Source: Octopus sinensis
Taxonomy: Eukaryota
Length of the DNA: 64,000 nucleotides
Direction of reading: 5' to 3'
Assembly: GCF_006345805.1 (NCBI RefSeq)
Contig: NW_021836158.1
Coordinates: 5,360-69,359 of the forward strand
The notes beneath the pieces are model-generated. The model saw only the letters and a program-made list of their open reading frames with translations, ran no database searches and was not told the DNA's origin. Numbering within the stretch: position 1 is the first letter of the stretch; every line of letters begins with the position of its first letter. Below are positions 24,962 to 37,694 of this stretch, one piece after another. Made by a program: the position numbers and the translations under genes.

Positions 24962-26029
24962 TATTAAAGAAAAAAAATGAATAAATGGGTTAAATTGATT
25001 ATACATTTCAACATTGCATTAGACAAAAATAAGTATTACTCATTGGTATTTTATTTAAAGGGACAGCAAACTAAGCAAAGTAGCTCAAAGAATAGGAGAA
25101 AATACAAGTTGTTTAGAAGGCAATCATACTTGTATTATGAGCAGTTCCTGGCTTTGGGTAAAAGATAATACAGGAGGATCAGTTAATTATGATTTTATTC
25201 AACATATTTCACTCTCAGATTCACACACTTATTGCAGTGGTCCTTTAGTTTTTCTAAGCCCTGTGAAAGAACCTGGAAAGTTGGGCTTCCAGCCAGACTT
25301 TTCACGGTACCCTTAAAACCAGGAACTTTTCAGCACCCACCTCATATATTGGTTTCAAATTTTGGCACAAGGCCAGCAATATTGGGGGTGGGGGTAAGTC
25401 AATTACGTTGATTCCAGTACTCAACTGATACTTATTTTATCAACAATGAAAGGATGAAAGGTAAAGGTGACCTTGGCAGAATTTGAACTCAGAATGTAAA
25501 GGTAGATGAAATACCACAAAGCATTTTGTCCAGTGTGCTAATGCTTGTATTATATTAAAACAAGGGAGGCTATAACATTCTCACATGACAAATGCACCCC
25601 ACCACCTGACATAACTTCAACTCTTTCTGAAAAGTTCTTTTAAAGGAAGCATATTAAAATATTTTAAGGTATTTTATCAAAGGAAAATTTATTGAATTTC
25701 TAAAAACTTTTAAAATTTTATATTGTTTTAATAAAAGTTAATGAAATTTCGATAAGTTTTCTTTTGATAAAGTTCCTAAATATCTATAAGCCTGGAGGAA
25801 TTTCAGTAAGTTTATTTATTAAAATTTCAAAATATACTTTTAATATTCAACCTTTAAAAGTATGCAAAAATGGAATTTTTGTTAGTAGCTGTATTATCAG
25901 ACCCTCATTAAAATCTGCCAATACAGTTTTATTAGCTTTGAGAGATAGGTTATGCCAAAATTGCCATGGAACAATTTTAAGTTTACAGTTGCCTAAGTAT
26001 TCAACATGTAATATATTTGTCATAGGAAG

Positions 26030-26250
26030 GCAGCAAGCTGGCAGAAACATTAGCATGCCAGCAGAAATGCTTAGTGGCATTTCGTCTGTCTTCATGTTCT
26101 GAGTTCAAATTCTGCCGAGGTCGACTTTGCCTTTCAGCCTTTCGGGGTTGATAAATTAAGTACCAGTTGCATACTGAGGTTGATCTTATTGACAGGCCCT
26201 CTCCCCCAAAACTTTGGGCCTTGTGCATAGAGTAGAAAAGAATATATTTG
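26030..26250 (+). mobile_element. SINE family B
   Basis: GCAAGCTGGCAGAAAC..GAGTTCAAATTCTGCCGAGGTCGACTTTGCC..GGGCCTTGTGCATAGAGTAGAAAAG. Confidence 0.85.
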
Positions 26251-26687
26251 TCACAAGAAAACAGTTTGTACAGCATAAGAATTTTGCATACATTGTCTAC
26301 TAAAAATTATCTTGTTCTATTTTTGACTCATTATGCCCTCAATTCATGTTCCACTAAGATTGACTTTGCCTAGAGTCATTTCAGGGTTGATAAGATAAGT
26401 ACCAGTTGAACACTGGAATCAATGTAATCAACTTAAGCCCGCTCTTCTAAAATTGCTGGCTTTGTACCAAAATTTTGAAATTATTATTTCATTCAATAGT
26501 CTTATCTTTATCATGTGCTTTCACTGCACTACTGAGTACAGCTCTCTGTGCTTTGGGTATGTGTTGTGGTTTGTTGTGAGGCTCATATTTTTACTGTATT
26601 GAAAGTGTTTTACGTAGGATGTGTGCAGTGCCTAGTAGTGCTATATTCTGTATGTTATATATACTCATTAGTCCTGGTATTTTTGTT

Positions 26688-26707
26688 TATTATTATTATT
26701 ATTATTA

Positions 26708-26761
<54 letters not shown>

Positions 26762-27165
26762 TATTATTACTATCATTATTATTATTATTATTGAGTGAGA
26801 GAGCAGTGCATGCCATCAAAGTGACACTTGGGTACACATGGAACTTAATATACCCATCACAACTACCCACCTGATAAGAGCACACCAGGTGCATGCATCA
26901 TGACCATATATGCACGACACGGTGATCTCATATCAAGATAAACAGCACATGACCTTGCAGGTGAATCCCAGTTAGAAGTTCTTCAGGTTGAGTAGCCCTT
27001 CCTGCTCAAAAGGTCTCTGAATAAAGGTTAAGAATGTTGAGTGAAGCTCCCATGTCTCCAGAAGTGAATTATTCAAACCCAAAAAATTCCCCCCAACACA
27101 TGACTATGATGTTCCCCTACTACTTCTGCTTGTGATCAGAGATGCATATATCATCAGCCACCAAG
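26688..27165 (-). mobile_element. Retroposon (SINE or LINE 3' end) with a long (AAT)n tail
   Basis: A (TTA)n tract at 26688-26791 is joined to a higher-complexity segment I recall as a common octopus interspersed repeat. The family was not determined. Confidence 0.5.
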
Positions 27166-27454
27166 ATCTTCATAGATCTTAGAGGTGGCCTTCATAGCAA
27201 GAACTTCATAACATAAGAGTATAGCCCATGACAGCAGCATTATAAGAGGCATGGCATAAGCAACATTTTCCAGGAAATGGGCTGCATGAGACATGGCTCA
27301 ACATCAGGTGGGCCACGTTATTAAAAGTATTCAAAGTAATCTTTTCATTGGTGTGCCATTCAGAACGTTGCATGAGGTGCAGTTTGCTCATGGTTGCTTT
27401 ACAAACTTCCTTGAAATGCTAGAAAAAACAGTGAAATTTCCTTTTATTACCTCA

Positions 27455-28698
27455 TATGAGGGGTTACCCAAAAAGAAACCGGAATTTTGCAATATTATTT
27501 TATTCACTTAGTTTTACATGTTTACACTTTTAGTGTCTTCAAAGAATTTGTCTTATGAAGAAAGGCTGAAGACGCTCGACTTTTATTCTCTAGAAAAACG
27601 ACGACGCCGTGGTGATCTCATTCTTGCTCACAGCATTATAAGCAGAAAGTGTAACCTCTCGAAGGAGCTGTTCTTCACTCCTGCTCCAGAGCGTCGGCTG
27701 TGGGGTCACTCAGAAAAGCTCTATCTGCGACGATTTCATCTCAATCGAAGGAGAGGGGCTTTCTCCGTCCGGGTTGCGGATCCGTGGAATAAGCTGCCAG
27801 ACGAGATGGTGAAGATGCCGACGACCGCTTGGTTCAAAGTCTCCCTTGACCACAAGTGGCCTGAACTCTTTACATGAACACCACCCTGTACATAACTCCA
27901 TGTCCCCCTACATGGCCTTGCTTTTTTGCTTTTTGAGCCAAAAAAATAACTAACTAAGACACGTTTTCCACTATTCAAAGCAATCTTGGAACTCTTGTGA
28001 AGTGATGCCTTTTAACACCTCCATCGCTTTTTATTCACCCCTTCCACATCTGCAAAAACGTTTTTATTTTAGGACTTTTTACATTCAGAAGAACAAAGAA
28101 AAAAGTCAGAGGGTGCAGATCCGGGGAATAGGGAGGGTGGTTAAGAGGGGTCATGCATTCAGTTGTGACTGCTTTCGATCTTCCATGAACAAGCAAGGCT
28201 AACATTTTGCTGTAACTCTTTTCATTTGCAACTCCTCGCTCAAGATTTGTTAGCAGGAGCTCCAGGACACACCAGTCATATCAACAAGCTTGTCATTTGT
28301 TCAGCGATGGTTCTCCAAGATCAGTTCATGAATTTTTGTGATGTTTTCATTTGTTCAGGAGGTCGACGGTTGCCCTGAACAAAGTTGGTGTTCAAGCAAC
28401 TAGTGACCATTCCTAAAAACATGAAACGTGGTAGCATCCTTGTAAGCTGTTTGAGGCATGACAACTGCTTTGGCTGCCGTTTTCCCCAGCAGAAAAAAGA
28501 ATTTCATGGGAGCATGCTGTTCCTTCATTTCAGCCATCTCAAAAATTGACAAACAAGGGAGAACCACTGCAAAACAAAGATGCACCATGGCGTAGTACGA
28601 CTTCACACCCACTGCAGCTGGTTGGCAAACTGAAGCCTGAGGATCGCATCAAGTGTCTTCTAACAGTACCTCCTTGTACTTATGGGTACCTCCTTGTA
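27455..28698 (-). pseudogene. Decayed mariner element interrupted by a CR1 fragment
   Basis: MAEMKEQHAPMKFFFLLGKTAAKAVVMPQTAYKDA, GRPP and MEVLKGITSQEFQDCFE*WKT. Left end TATGAGGGGTTACCCAAAA, with a degenerate inverted counterpart near 28680-28698. Confidence 0.85.
27545..27957 (+). mobile_element. 5'-truncated CR1-clade LINE with (TAAC)n tail
   Basis: NLSYEERLKTLDFYSLEKRRRRGDLI..RRGAFSVRVADPWNKLPDEMV..FKVSLD. The frame is open to the stop at 27877. Confidence 0.9.
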
Positions 28699-28943
28699 CT
28701 TCCTTATAAAGTAAGGACACATTGTAAAGTATAGTTTTAGATAGATTTTAGTTGAATAAAAAATTGAATGGTCATGGATTTGATCTTAGGCCTGTATGAG
28801 CAGAGCTACAGAAAACTAGCAATATATATATATATGCATATATATACATACATACATAATACATACATACATACATACATACATACATACATACATACAT
28901 ACATACACATACATACATACATACATACATACATACATACATG

Positions 28944-28987
<44 letters not shown>

Positions 28988-29076
28988 CACATGCTTCTAT
29001 AGCTGTCCCTCTACCTCAATGTCTTCCCTATCTATCTATGAATCTAGATAGATAGATATGTGTGTGTTTATGGCAA

Positions 29077-29119
<43 letters not shown>

Positions 29120-29847
29120 CAGAGAGAGAGACACAGACAGACAGAGAGACAGAGAGACAGAGACAGAGAGTATTTGAAAGGGAAATTGTAAACCAGTGTT
29201 ATATTTTTCACCTTGTTGATGAAACACAACTTATCTTAGATATTGACCATCTAAGTGTGTGCATATGTATATAAATGTAATAGTATGCATGCTTATGCAT
29301 GTATGCATATATGAGTATATGTATACTTGTGAGTGCATGTATGTGCCTGTCTGTGTAGGTATATATATAAACACTTTAGACAAATATATAACAAATTCCT
29401 TATAATCTAATTCCATGTTGCAATTTTAATTTTTGATTGAAAACATTTCTTTTCCATTAAGTCACTGATGCTCTCTAGGTAAGATATACATCATAATTAA
29501 GGTTCCCCTTTCTCTCTCTCTCTCTCTCACACACACATTTGTATATACATACACGTGTGTGTGTGTGTGTGTGTGTGCATATGTATATAGATATATAAAT
29601 GTATATCTGTATATCATATATCATATATATATATATATGTATATGCATATGTATTTGTGAGTGTGTAAACATATATTTATAACTATTTCTCTCTCTCTCT
29701 CATATACATACATGCTTATGTACACATGCACACAAACACATACACACTCACACAGATGTATATTCTACTTGTGTTTACCTGGAAACATTATGTATATATG
29801 TCTGTGTGTATGTATGTGAATTTATATAAATGTATGAGTGTGTGTAA

Positions 29848-29879
<32 letters not shown>

Positions 29880-30235
29880 GCTTCTATAGCTGTCCATCTA
29901 CCTCAATGTCTTCCCTATCTATTTATGAATCTAGATAGATAGATAGATAGATAGATATGTGTGTGTTTATGGCACAGAGAGAGAGAGAGAGAGAGAGAGA
30001 CGGACAGACAGAGAGAGGGAGAGAAAGGGGGAGAAAAGAGAGAGAGAGAGAGATAATTGTTATGCAATCAAACGAACAAGCAAAGTGATGTTCTTAAAAT
30101 TGTTGCTTGAACCGTGTTTATCCAATGTACAACGTCTGTTTAGGTAATGTTCTGTTTAAGTAATGTACAATGTCTGTTTAGGACGACTGGCAACATGGCC
30201 ATAAGTTAAAAACCTTACTACAACCATTGTGTTTA

Positions 30236-31017
30236 TCTTTATATATATAAAACTGAGAATGTGTGTCTGTCTGTCTGTGTGTCTGTCTGTGTGTCTGAGT
30301 GTTTCCCTAAAACTTGAGAACTACACAACCAATTTCATTCAAATTTTACACCTGCCTTACTTAGGGTCCGGGGAGTGTCATCGGCAAAACAGTTTTGAAC
30401 TTTTTGCCTAGGGCAAGCCCACAGTAATATCATATCTTCTCCACTATGATTCCCTAAAACTTGAGAACTACACCACCAATTTCATTCAAATTTTACACAT
30501 GCCTTACTTAGGGTCCATGTAATTTCATGGGCAAAAAAATGTTCAACTTCTTGCCTAGGGCGAGCCCATAGCAATATCATATTTTCTCCACTATTTCAGT
30601 ATTACGTGTTAAAAGTGAAACAAAAATATTTCTCTATTTTATGTCAGATACTTTCACTTTAACAATAAAAATAATAATAACAATTGAATTATATGTTGTA
30701 AGTAATTAAAATCAAACTAAAGTAACATAACAAAAGTAAAAATAGCAATTGGTATAAAATTGCATCAATGATTTGAACTTGAATAAGTGGTTTCACATGA
30801 ATGGGAATAAATTAAAAATAAAATTAGCGTGCAGAAATGGAATAGTCCAGATGGATAATAAAAAATGAAATTAAAGAAAAGACTATTGTCTATAAAGTAT
30901 ACAATGTAGAGAAAAAGATTTGAACACATGGAGGAAAGCACCTTCAAAAAGGTATCTACTCAGAGGCGGTAAATTCGCCACAATAAAAACAAGGTTCGAG
31001 TCAACCTTGTAGATTAG
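30236..31017 (+). mobile_element. Non-autonomous Helitron-like element with internal ~150-bp duplication
   Basis: Starts A|TCTTTATATATATAAAA plus a (GTCT)n tract. Ends with the hairpin AAGGTT(CGAGTC)AACCTT then TTAG|T. TTCCCTAAAACTTGAGAACTACAC occurs twice. Confidence 0.7.
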
Positions 31018-31393
31018 TAGATTAGCCAGAGGGGCAGGGCCAACCATAACATTACATGACATGTCAGATTAGCCGGAGGGGCAGGGTCAACCATAACATT
31101 ACATGACATGTCAGATTAGCCGAAGGGGCAGGGCCAATCATAACATTACATGACATGTCAGATTAGCCAGAGTGGCAGGGCCAACCATAACATTACATGA
31201 CGTGTCAGATTAGCCAGAGGGGCAGGGCCAACCATAACATTACATGACATGTCAGATTAGCCATAGGGGCAGGGCCAACCATAACATTACATGACATGTC
31301 AGATTCGCCAGAGGGGCAGGAAAAACCATAACATTACATGACATGTCAGATTATCCAGAGGGGTAGACCCAATCCATAACATTACATGACATG
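31016..31393. repeat. 47-bp minisatellite, 8 copies
   Basis: GTCAGATTAGCCAGAGGGGCAGGGCCAACCATAACATTACATGACAT, with anchors at 31063, 31110, 31157, 31204, 31251, 31298 and 31345. Confidence 0.95.
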
Positions 31394-31399
31394 CCAGAG

Positions 31400-31990
31400 G
31401 AGCAGGATTGGCCCTGCTTTGGCAAATCCCTCCAACACGTATCTTTTTGGCATTGAACAGATGAGCTTTATGGAATTTTTACCCCCTTTTTATGCAATAA
31501 TCAAAAGTATTCACCTTCAGGTTTCTGTCGAATTTTTCTCCAGATTGGATTGGCCAAGTAAGCTTTTTCATCCCATTTTCAGTCAACCATTGTTGATTCC
31601 TCTTCGCTGTATGGCATGGAGCTCCATTTTCTATGAATAAAAACTCATTTTCGTTATGTTATTATGTGAATACATCTGAAGTAGTCCTTGCTTAGGTATT
31701 TTGATGTATTTTTCAGAGTTTATGGTTCCAACGCATTCAATCAGCTCAGAATGACCATTGCTGGTGACAGCTCCCCATACAAATACAGAGATACTGCCAT
31801 GTTTCACAGTTGGTTAGAGTTGTTTCAAATCAAATTCTTGATTGGGAAGACCCAACACATCTACTGTCTGAAAATAATGCAAATCTGGGTTTATCTGAGA
31901 AAATCACTCTATCCTAAAATGAACTAGATATTTCTGGCATCTCCTCATTTCTTTCTTTTCTTCTAGTGACTCTTCCATAATATCCCAATA
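31400..31990 (-). pseudogene. Decayed Tc1 transposase fragment
   Basis: LGYYGRVTRRK..RVIFSDKPRF..PTVKHGSISVFVWGAVTSNG..INSEKYIKIL..ENGAPCHTAK..KKLTWP, with frameshifts. Confidence 0.8.
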
Positions 31991-32895
31991 AAGGTGTACA
32001 AGGCATGTGTGCTCCCTTCTCTTCTCTATGCCCGCGAGACATTGGTCACATATTGATACCACCTTAAACAATTGGAATGTTTCCATAAGATGTGTCTCAG
32101 ACGGATCTATGGCATTAAGTGAGAGGACCGCATCAGTGATCTTGAAATATTGGAAGGCTCTCGGTGCAAAAGTATAGAAGCTCTTGTGTTAAAGCAAAGG
32201 CTCAGATGGAGTGGTCATCTGGCCAGGATGAAGGATTCAAGAATGCCAAAACAATTCTTTTATGGGTGAGTTAGCTAAAGGAGAACGACCTCCACATAAA
32301 CCAAAAAAGAGGTATAAGGACTTGCTGAAGGCTTCCTTGAGAAATGCTTGGATCTTTCTTGACACCTGGGAAGGCATAGCTATTGATCATAGCAGGTGGA
32401 GAAGGATTGTGCATGAGGGGACAGCTACTTTTGAGAAATCTCGAGTTGTGCATGAGAAAGTAAGGAGGGATGTCAGGAAGTGCATCGCTTGTTACACTTC
32501 CAGATGGGAAGGGTCTTCCTTTGATTCTGACATGCAATGTCTGTGCAAGACCCTGCCTCAGTAAAGCTGGACTCATGAGTCATCTTCATAGTCATAAAGC
32601 GAGACAGATGAGTGACAACCTGGTCACTGGTGGTAGTGTTACACACCATACTAATCATATCTGTCAGACATGTGGAAGAGAGTGTAATTCAGCAGTAGGA
32701 CTTAAACGACATGCAAAGGTACATGAAGCCCAGTTACAACTACAGCCAGCTATTACTGGGAAAGGTTTTAGCTGCCAATTCTGTACAAGACATTGTAGAT
32801 CTTTAGCTGGGCTAAAAGTCACATTCAATCACAGCACCAATAACAGTTAAGCTTTGTGCAATGGCCATACTCGATAACGAGGGGACAGCCATCAT
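31990..32895 (+). mobile_element. RTE-BovB-like LINE 3' fragment with three C-terminal C2H2 zinc fingers
   Basis: KVYKACVLPSLLYA..RLRWSGHLARMKDSRMPKQ..GELAKGERPPHKPKKRYKD, then CNVC..HLHSH, CQTC..HAKVH and CQFC..(frameshift)HIQSQH. Confidence 0.9.
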
Positions 32896-32941
32896 ATATG
32901 TATATATATATAGAGAGAGAGAGAGAAAGAAAGAGAGAGAG

Positions 32942-34140
32942 AACAACTTCTGCCACATTCCAGGGAGAAAAACTAGAAGTAGTTGATAGCTTCCGTTATC
33001 TAGGTGACCACGTCAGTAGTGGGGGAGAGTATGCTGAAAGTGTAGCTGCTAGAATAAGAATAAGCTGGGCAAAGTTCAGAGAGCTCTTACCTTTGCTGGT
33101 GACAAAGGGCCTCTCACTTAGAGTAGACTGTATGACGCATGTGTACAAACAGCCATGCTACATGGCAGTGAAACAGGGGCCGTGACTGCTAAGGACATGC
33201 ATAAGCTTGCAAGGAATGAAGCCAGTATGATCCGATGGATGTGTAATGTCAGTGTGCATACTCGACAGAGTGTAAGTACCTTGAGAATAAAGTTGGACTT
33301 AAGAAGCATCAGATGTAGTGTGCAAGAGAGACAACTGCACTGGTATGGTCATGTGGCGAGAATGGATGAGGATAGCAGTGTGAAAAAGTGCCACACCCTA
33401 GCAGTTGAGGGAACCTGTGGAAGAGGTAGACCCAGGAAGACCTGGGATGAAGTGGTGAAGCACGACCTTCGAAAATTAGGCCTCACCGAGGCAATGACTA
33501 GTGACTGAAACTTTTGGAAATATGCTGTGCTTGAGAAGACCCGGCAAGCCAAATGAGACCTTAACCTCGCGGCCTATGCCAGGAGTGTAACCAGCCCACT
33601 TATGCGTACCTTTCCTTCATTGGACACTAAACTCTGCTTGCAAAGACCTGTTGAGGCAAGTGAAATCGAAATCAAAATCAAATTCAATGACTGGCATCCG
33701 TGCTAGTGGAGCGCTGAGAGCACCATCTGAGTGTGATCATTGCCAGAGTGGCTAACTGGCTTCCATGCTGGTGGCACATAAAAAGCACCATTTGAGCGTG
33801 ATTGTTACCAGCGTCACCTTACTGGCACTTGTGCCGGTGGCACCTGAAAAACTTTTGAGTGGGGTCATTGCCAGTGCCACTGGACTGGCTCCTGTGCAGG
33901 TGGCTCATAAAAAAAACACCATTTGAGTGTGGCCATTGCCAGTACTGCCTGACTGGTCCTCGTAAAAGCACCCACTACACTCACAGAGTGGTTGGCGTTA
34001 GGAAGGGCATCCAGCTGTAGAAACACTGCCAGATTAAGATTGGAGCCTTGTGCAGCCATCTGGTTCACTAGTCCTCAGTCAAATCGTCCAACCCATGCTA
34101 GCATGGAAAGCAGACGTTAAATGATGATGATGATGATGAT
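32942..34140 (+). mobile_element. RTE-clade LINE 3' fragment (RT C-terminus, modular 3' UTR, (GAT)n tail)
   Basis: LEVVDSFRYLGD..WAKFRELLPLL..MLHGSET..LHWYGHVARM..GRGRPRKTWDEVV, followed by the terminal module found in many truncated copies. Confidence 0.9.
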
Positions 34141-34232
34141 ATGCTCTTATATGCAATGTTCACAAATACACATATATACACATAGAGTTGCATACAGGCA
34201 TACATACATATGCATAGTTATACATACATACA

Positions 34233-34263
<31 letters not shown>

Positions 34264-35339
34264 GTACATACATACATATGTACATATATATGTACATACA
34301 TACATATGTACATACATACATACTTACATTCATACATACATACATACATACATACAGACATACATGCAAATAGATAGACAGATACATAGCTAGACAGACA
34401 GACAGACTGACAGCTAGATAGACAGACAGATAGATTGATAGATATATATATATACTCTTATATATAATGTTCACACATACACATATATACAAATACTTAC
34501 GCACACCAAAAATACATACACATACCATTACATATATGCATACATACACACACATAGTTATATATACACTTATGTTTAATATATGTACAACTCAAATATG
34601 TATGTCTCCTCCCGATACATATATAGTTACAAACACATGCACAAGTTTCAAGTAACAACAACAACACCAAGAAAACCACTACCACCATTAGCAACAACAA
34701 CAACAGCAACAACAAAAGACAACAAGCACTTCTTTGCCATTTGGCTGCAGCACGGTTGGTAATTCTTACAATTTCAGGCAACTTATTATCGTCTGCTACA
34801 TTAGGTTCTTGGTGTCCATCAAACAGCGATAATAAAATGGTACAGTTTATGAATGTAGTCTTGTGACCACTTATCCATTTACATTCGGCTCAATGCTTCC
34901 ACCAGCTTGATTTCTTACTAACTGCCATTGACTTTAGGAAAGTTAGGGGAATGAATGAAGGCACATACCAAAAAAAAAAATAATAAATAATAAAATAAAT
35001 AAATAAAATGAAAGAAAAAGAAAAAAATTTCAAGGAAACAAAGCCAAGTAAAAGAAAGAAGGAAGGAAAAGCAAGTAGTGTTGTGGTGGTGGTGGTGATT
35101 GTGTTGTTGTTGGTAGTGGTGATGGTGATGGAAATGAAGGAAAATTTGTACCTTTTCTTATAATTTTCGTTTCTTTATTCTTTTATTTTTCACCCCTACC
35201 AAAAAATCCTACTCCATTGTTTTTAATTTTTTTCCTCCCCTAATCTTCTGATTATATTCTCTATATTTCATGATTTTTCATTCATTTTTTTTTTTGTCTC
35301 CTTTACTTATATTTTATACCCACTGTAAAGGATGAAGTT

Positions 35340-37510
35340 CATACAACATAACATCACAACTGACTAAGGACACATCCTAATACAATGTCAAGCATTGCAA
35401 TACCTTGTCACACATTATAACGTAATGTTATGACATTGCAACTGGCTAAGGACATGTCATAATATAATGAAATACATCACAGTGTCTTGCCTCATAGCAT
35501 AATATGACAGTAGCATAACTAACTAAGGAAACATCCTATGTAAAACACTACAAAATACTGTCACTTTGTTACGTAAGATTACAACAAACATACACAACAC
35601 AACAGGCTAAGAACAGGGAAAGGGTAAAGATGGCCATGGGATTGCACCTAGAAACTTACCCTCTGAGGCATAAGTCTGGGCAAGGTTGTTTATGGAAGAC
35701 CAGCAGCTGTCCATGCATACAAGCACCCCTCTCTATGCCCTTATATGTACATAGAGTAAAGGGTAAAGACCCCCAGCAGTCATGAATGACCATGGTATGG
35801 GATTGCACCTAGAAAGTTACCCTCTGAGGCATAAGTCCGGGCAAGGTTGTTTATGGAAGACCCGCAGCCACCCATGCATACTAGCACCCCCATCTCCATG
35901 CCCTTATATGTACATAGGGTAAAGGGTAAAGACCCCTAACGGTCATGAATGACCATGGCATGAGATTGCACCTAGAAAGTTACCGTCTGAAGCACAATTC
36001 TGGGCAAGGTTGTTTATGGAAGACCAGCAGTCGCCCATGCATACTAGCACCCCTCTCTATGCCCTTATATGTACGTCGGGTAAAGGGTAAAAACCCCCAG
36101 CGGTCATGAATGACCATGGTATGGGATTGCACCTAGAAAGTTACCCTCTGAGGCATAAGTCCAGGCAAGGTTGTTTATGGGAGACCAGCAGCCGCCCATG
36201 CATTCTAGCCTCTCCTCTCCATGCCCTTATATGTACATAGGATAGAGAGTAAAGACCCTCTTCGGTCATGAATGACCATGGGATTGCACCTAGAAAGTGC
36301 CCCTCTGAGGCACAAGTCTGGGCAAGGTTGTTTGTAGAAGACTAGCAGATGCCCATGTACACCAGCCTCCCCTCTCCACACCACTGATGTTATCCAAGAG
36401 AAAGGCAAAGGTCGATGCAGCTTGGCCTCAGTGACATCGCAACTTATTTCGACAGACGAGTGAACTGGAACAACATGAAATAAAGTGTTTTGCTCAAGAA
36501 CACAAGAAACAGCCCGGTCCAGGAATCGAACTCACTACCTCATAATTGTGAGCCCAACACTGTAACCACTGAACCATGTGCCTACATAAACTAAGAACAC
36601 AATGTAATGTATCACAATTATATTATATTGTTGCAATACATTATGCAATGTGATGTATTACAACACACTATATAAAATTCTTTTTATTATTATATGCAGA
36701 AAGCCCAAAATTTGCTGTAACAGAACAAGTCAATTACATTGACTCCAGTGCTTAACTGGTACTAATTTTATCAACCCCAAAAGGCTGAAAGGCAAAGTTG
36801 ACCTCAGCAGAATTTGAACTCAGAGCATAAAGGCAGAAGACATGTTGCCTACATGTTTCATCCAGCATGCTATCTACAACAACAGAACTGGCTAAGAGTA
36901 TATCATAAAATAATGTAATACGTCACAGCATCATGTGACACAGCTTAATGTAATGCCACAACAATACAAAGGATCACACTTAAGACACATCGTAAAATAA
37001 TGATTCTCACCACAATATTATGTCACACATCTTAATGTAATGTCTCAACAATACAAAGTAACAGGCTTAAGACACATCATAAAATAATGATTCTCACCAT
37101 AATATTATGTCACACATCTTAATGTAATGTCTCAACAATACAAAGGAACAGGCTTAAGACACATCGTAAAATAATGATTCTCATCACAATATTATGTCAC
37201 ACATCTTAATGTAATGTCTCAACAATACAAAGGAACAGGCTTAAGACACATCGTAAAATAATGATTCTCACCACAATATTATGTCACACATCTTAATGTA
37301 ATGTCTCAACAATACAAAGGATCACACTTAAGACACATCGTAAAATAATGATTCTCACCATAATATTATGTCACACATCTTAATGTAATGTCTCAACAAT
37401 ACAAAGGATCACACTTAAGACACATCGTAAAATAATGATTCTCACCACAATATTATGTCACACATCTTAATGTAATGTCTCAAAAATACAACAAGTTAAA
37501 GACATGTCTC
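35340..37510. repeat. ~80-87-bp satellite; diverged on the left, homogeneous 87-bp units at ~36960-37500, interrupted by SINEs
   Basis: Homogeneous anchors at 36991, 37078 and 37165. The diverged motif CAACTGGCTAAGGACAC recurs at ~35358, 35439, 35517, 35600, 36586 and 36884. Confidence 0.75.
35615..36585 (-). mobile_element. tRNA-derived SINE (family E, ~36245-36585) whose 3' ~145 bp is tandemly repeated in ~161-bp units
   Basis: GGGATTGCACCTAGAAAG anchors at 35638, 35799, 35962, 36123 and 36280. The last unit continues into a full SINE with head AGGCACATGGTTCAGTGG..GAGTTCGATTCC. Confidence 0.85.
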
Positions 37511-37694
37511 AAAATAATCCTTTCTACTATAGGCACAAGGCCTGAAATTTGGTGGGAGGGGGTCAGTCGACTAGATCGACCCTAGAACACAACTGGTACT
37601 TATTTTATCATATCCTAAACATTATGCCAGTAACTGACCACTGGTTTCTCACAAGAGTTACCAATATACTGGTATACATCTACTACCACATCAT

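Noticed and set aside
25760-26030. LRR-like NKLTEIPPGL string
   Set aside because: Flanked by stops in very AT-rich sequence; a single imperfect repeat.
31016-31393. CRISPR-like array (also 36960-37500)
   Set aside because: Units are contiguous with no unique spacers, in a eukaryotic context.
34700-34900. Minus-strand frame with ILLSLFDGH resembling a pogo DDE_1 motif
   Set aside because: Following residues do not fit (no DGHxSH or LPPH), and the frame runs into a microsatellite.
35615-36300. 161-bp repeats as a retrozyme array
   Set aside because: No hammerhead core in the right order on either strand. The units are explained as SINE 3' ends.
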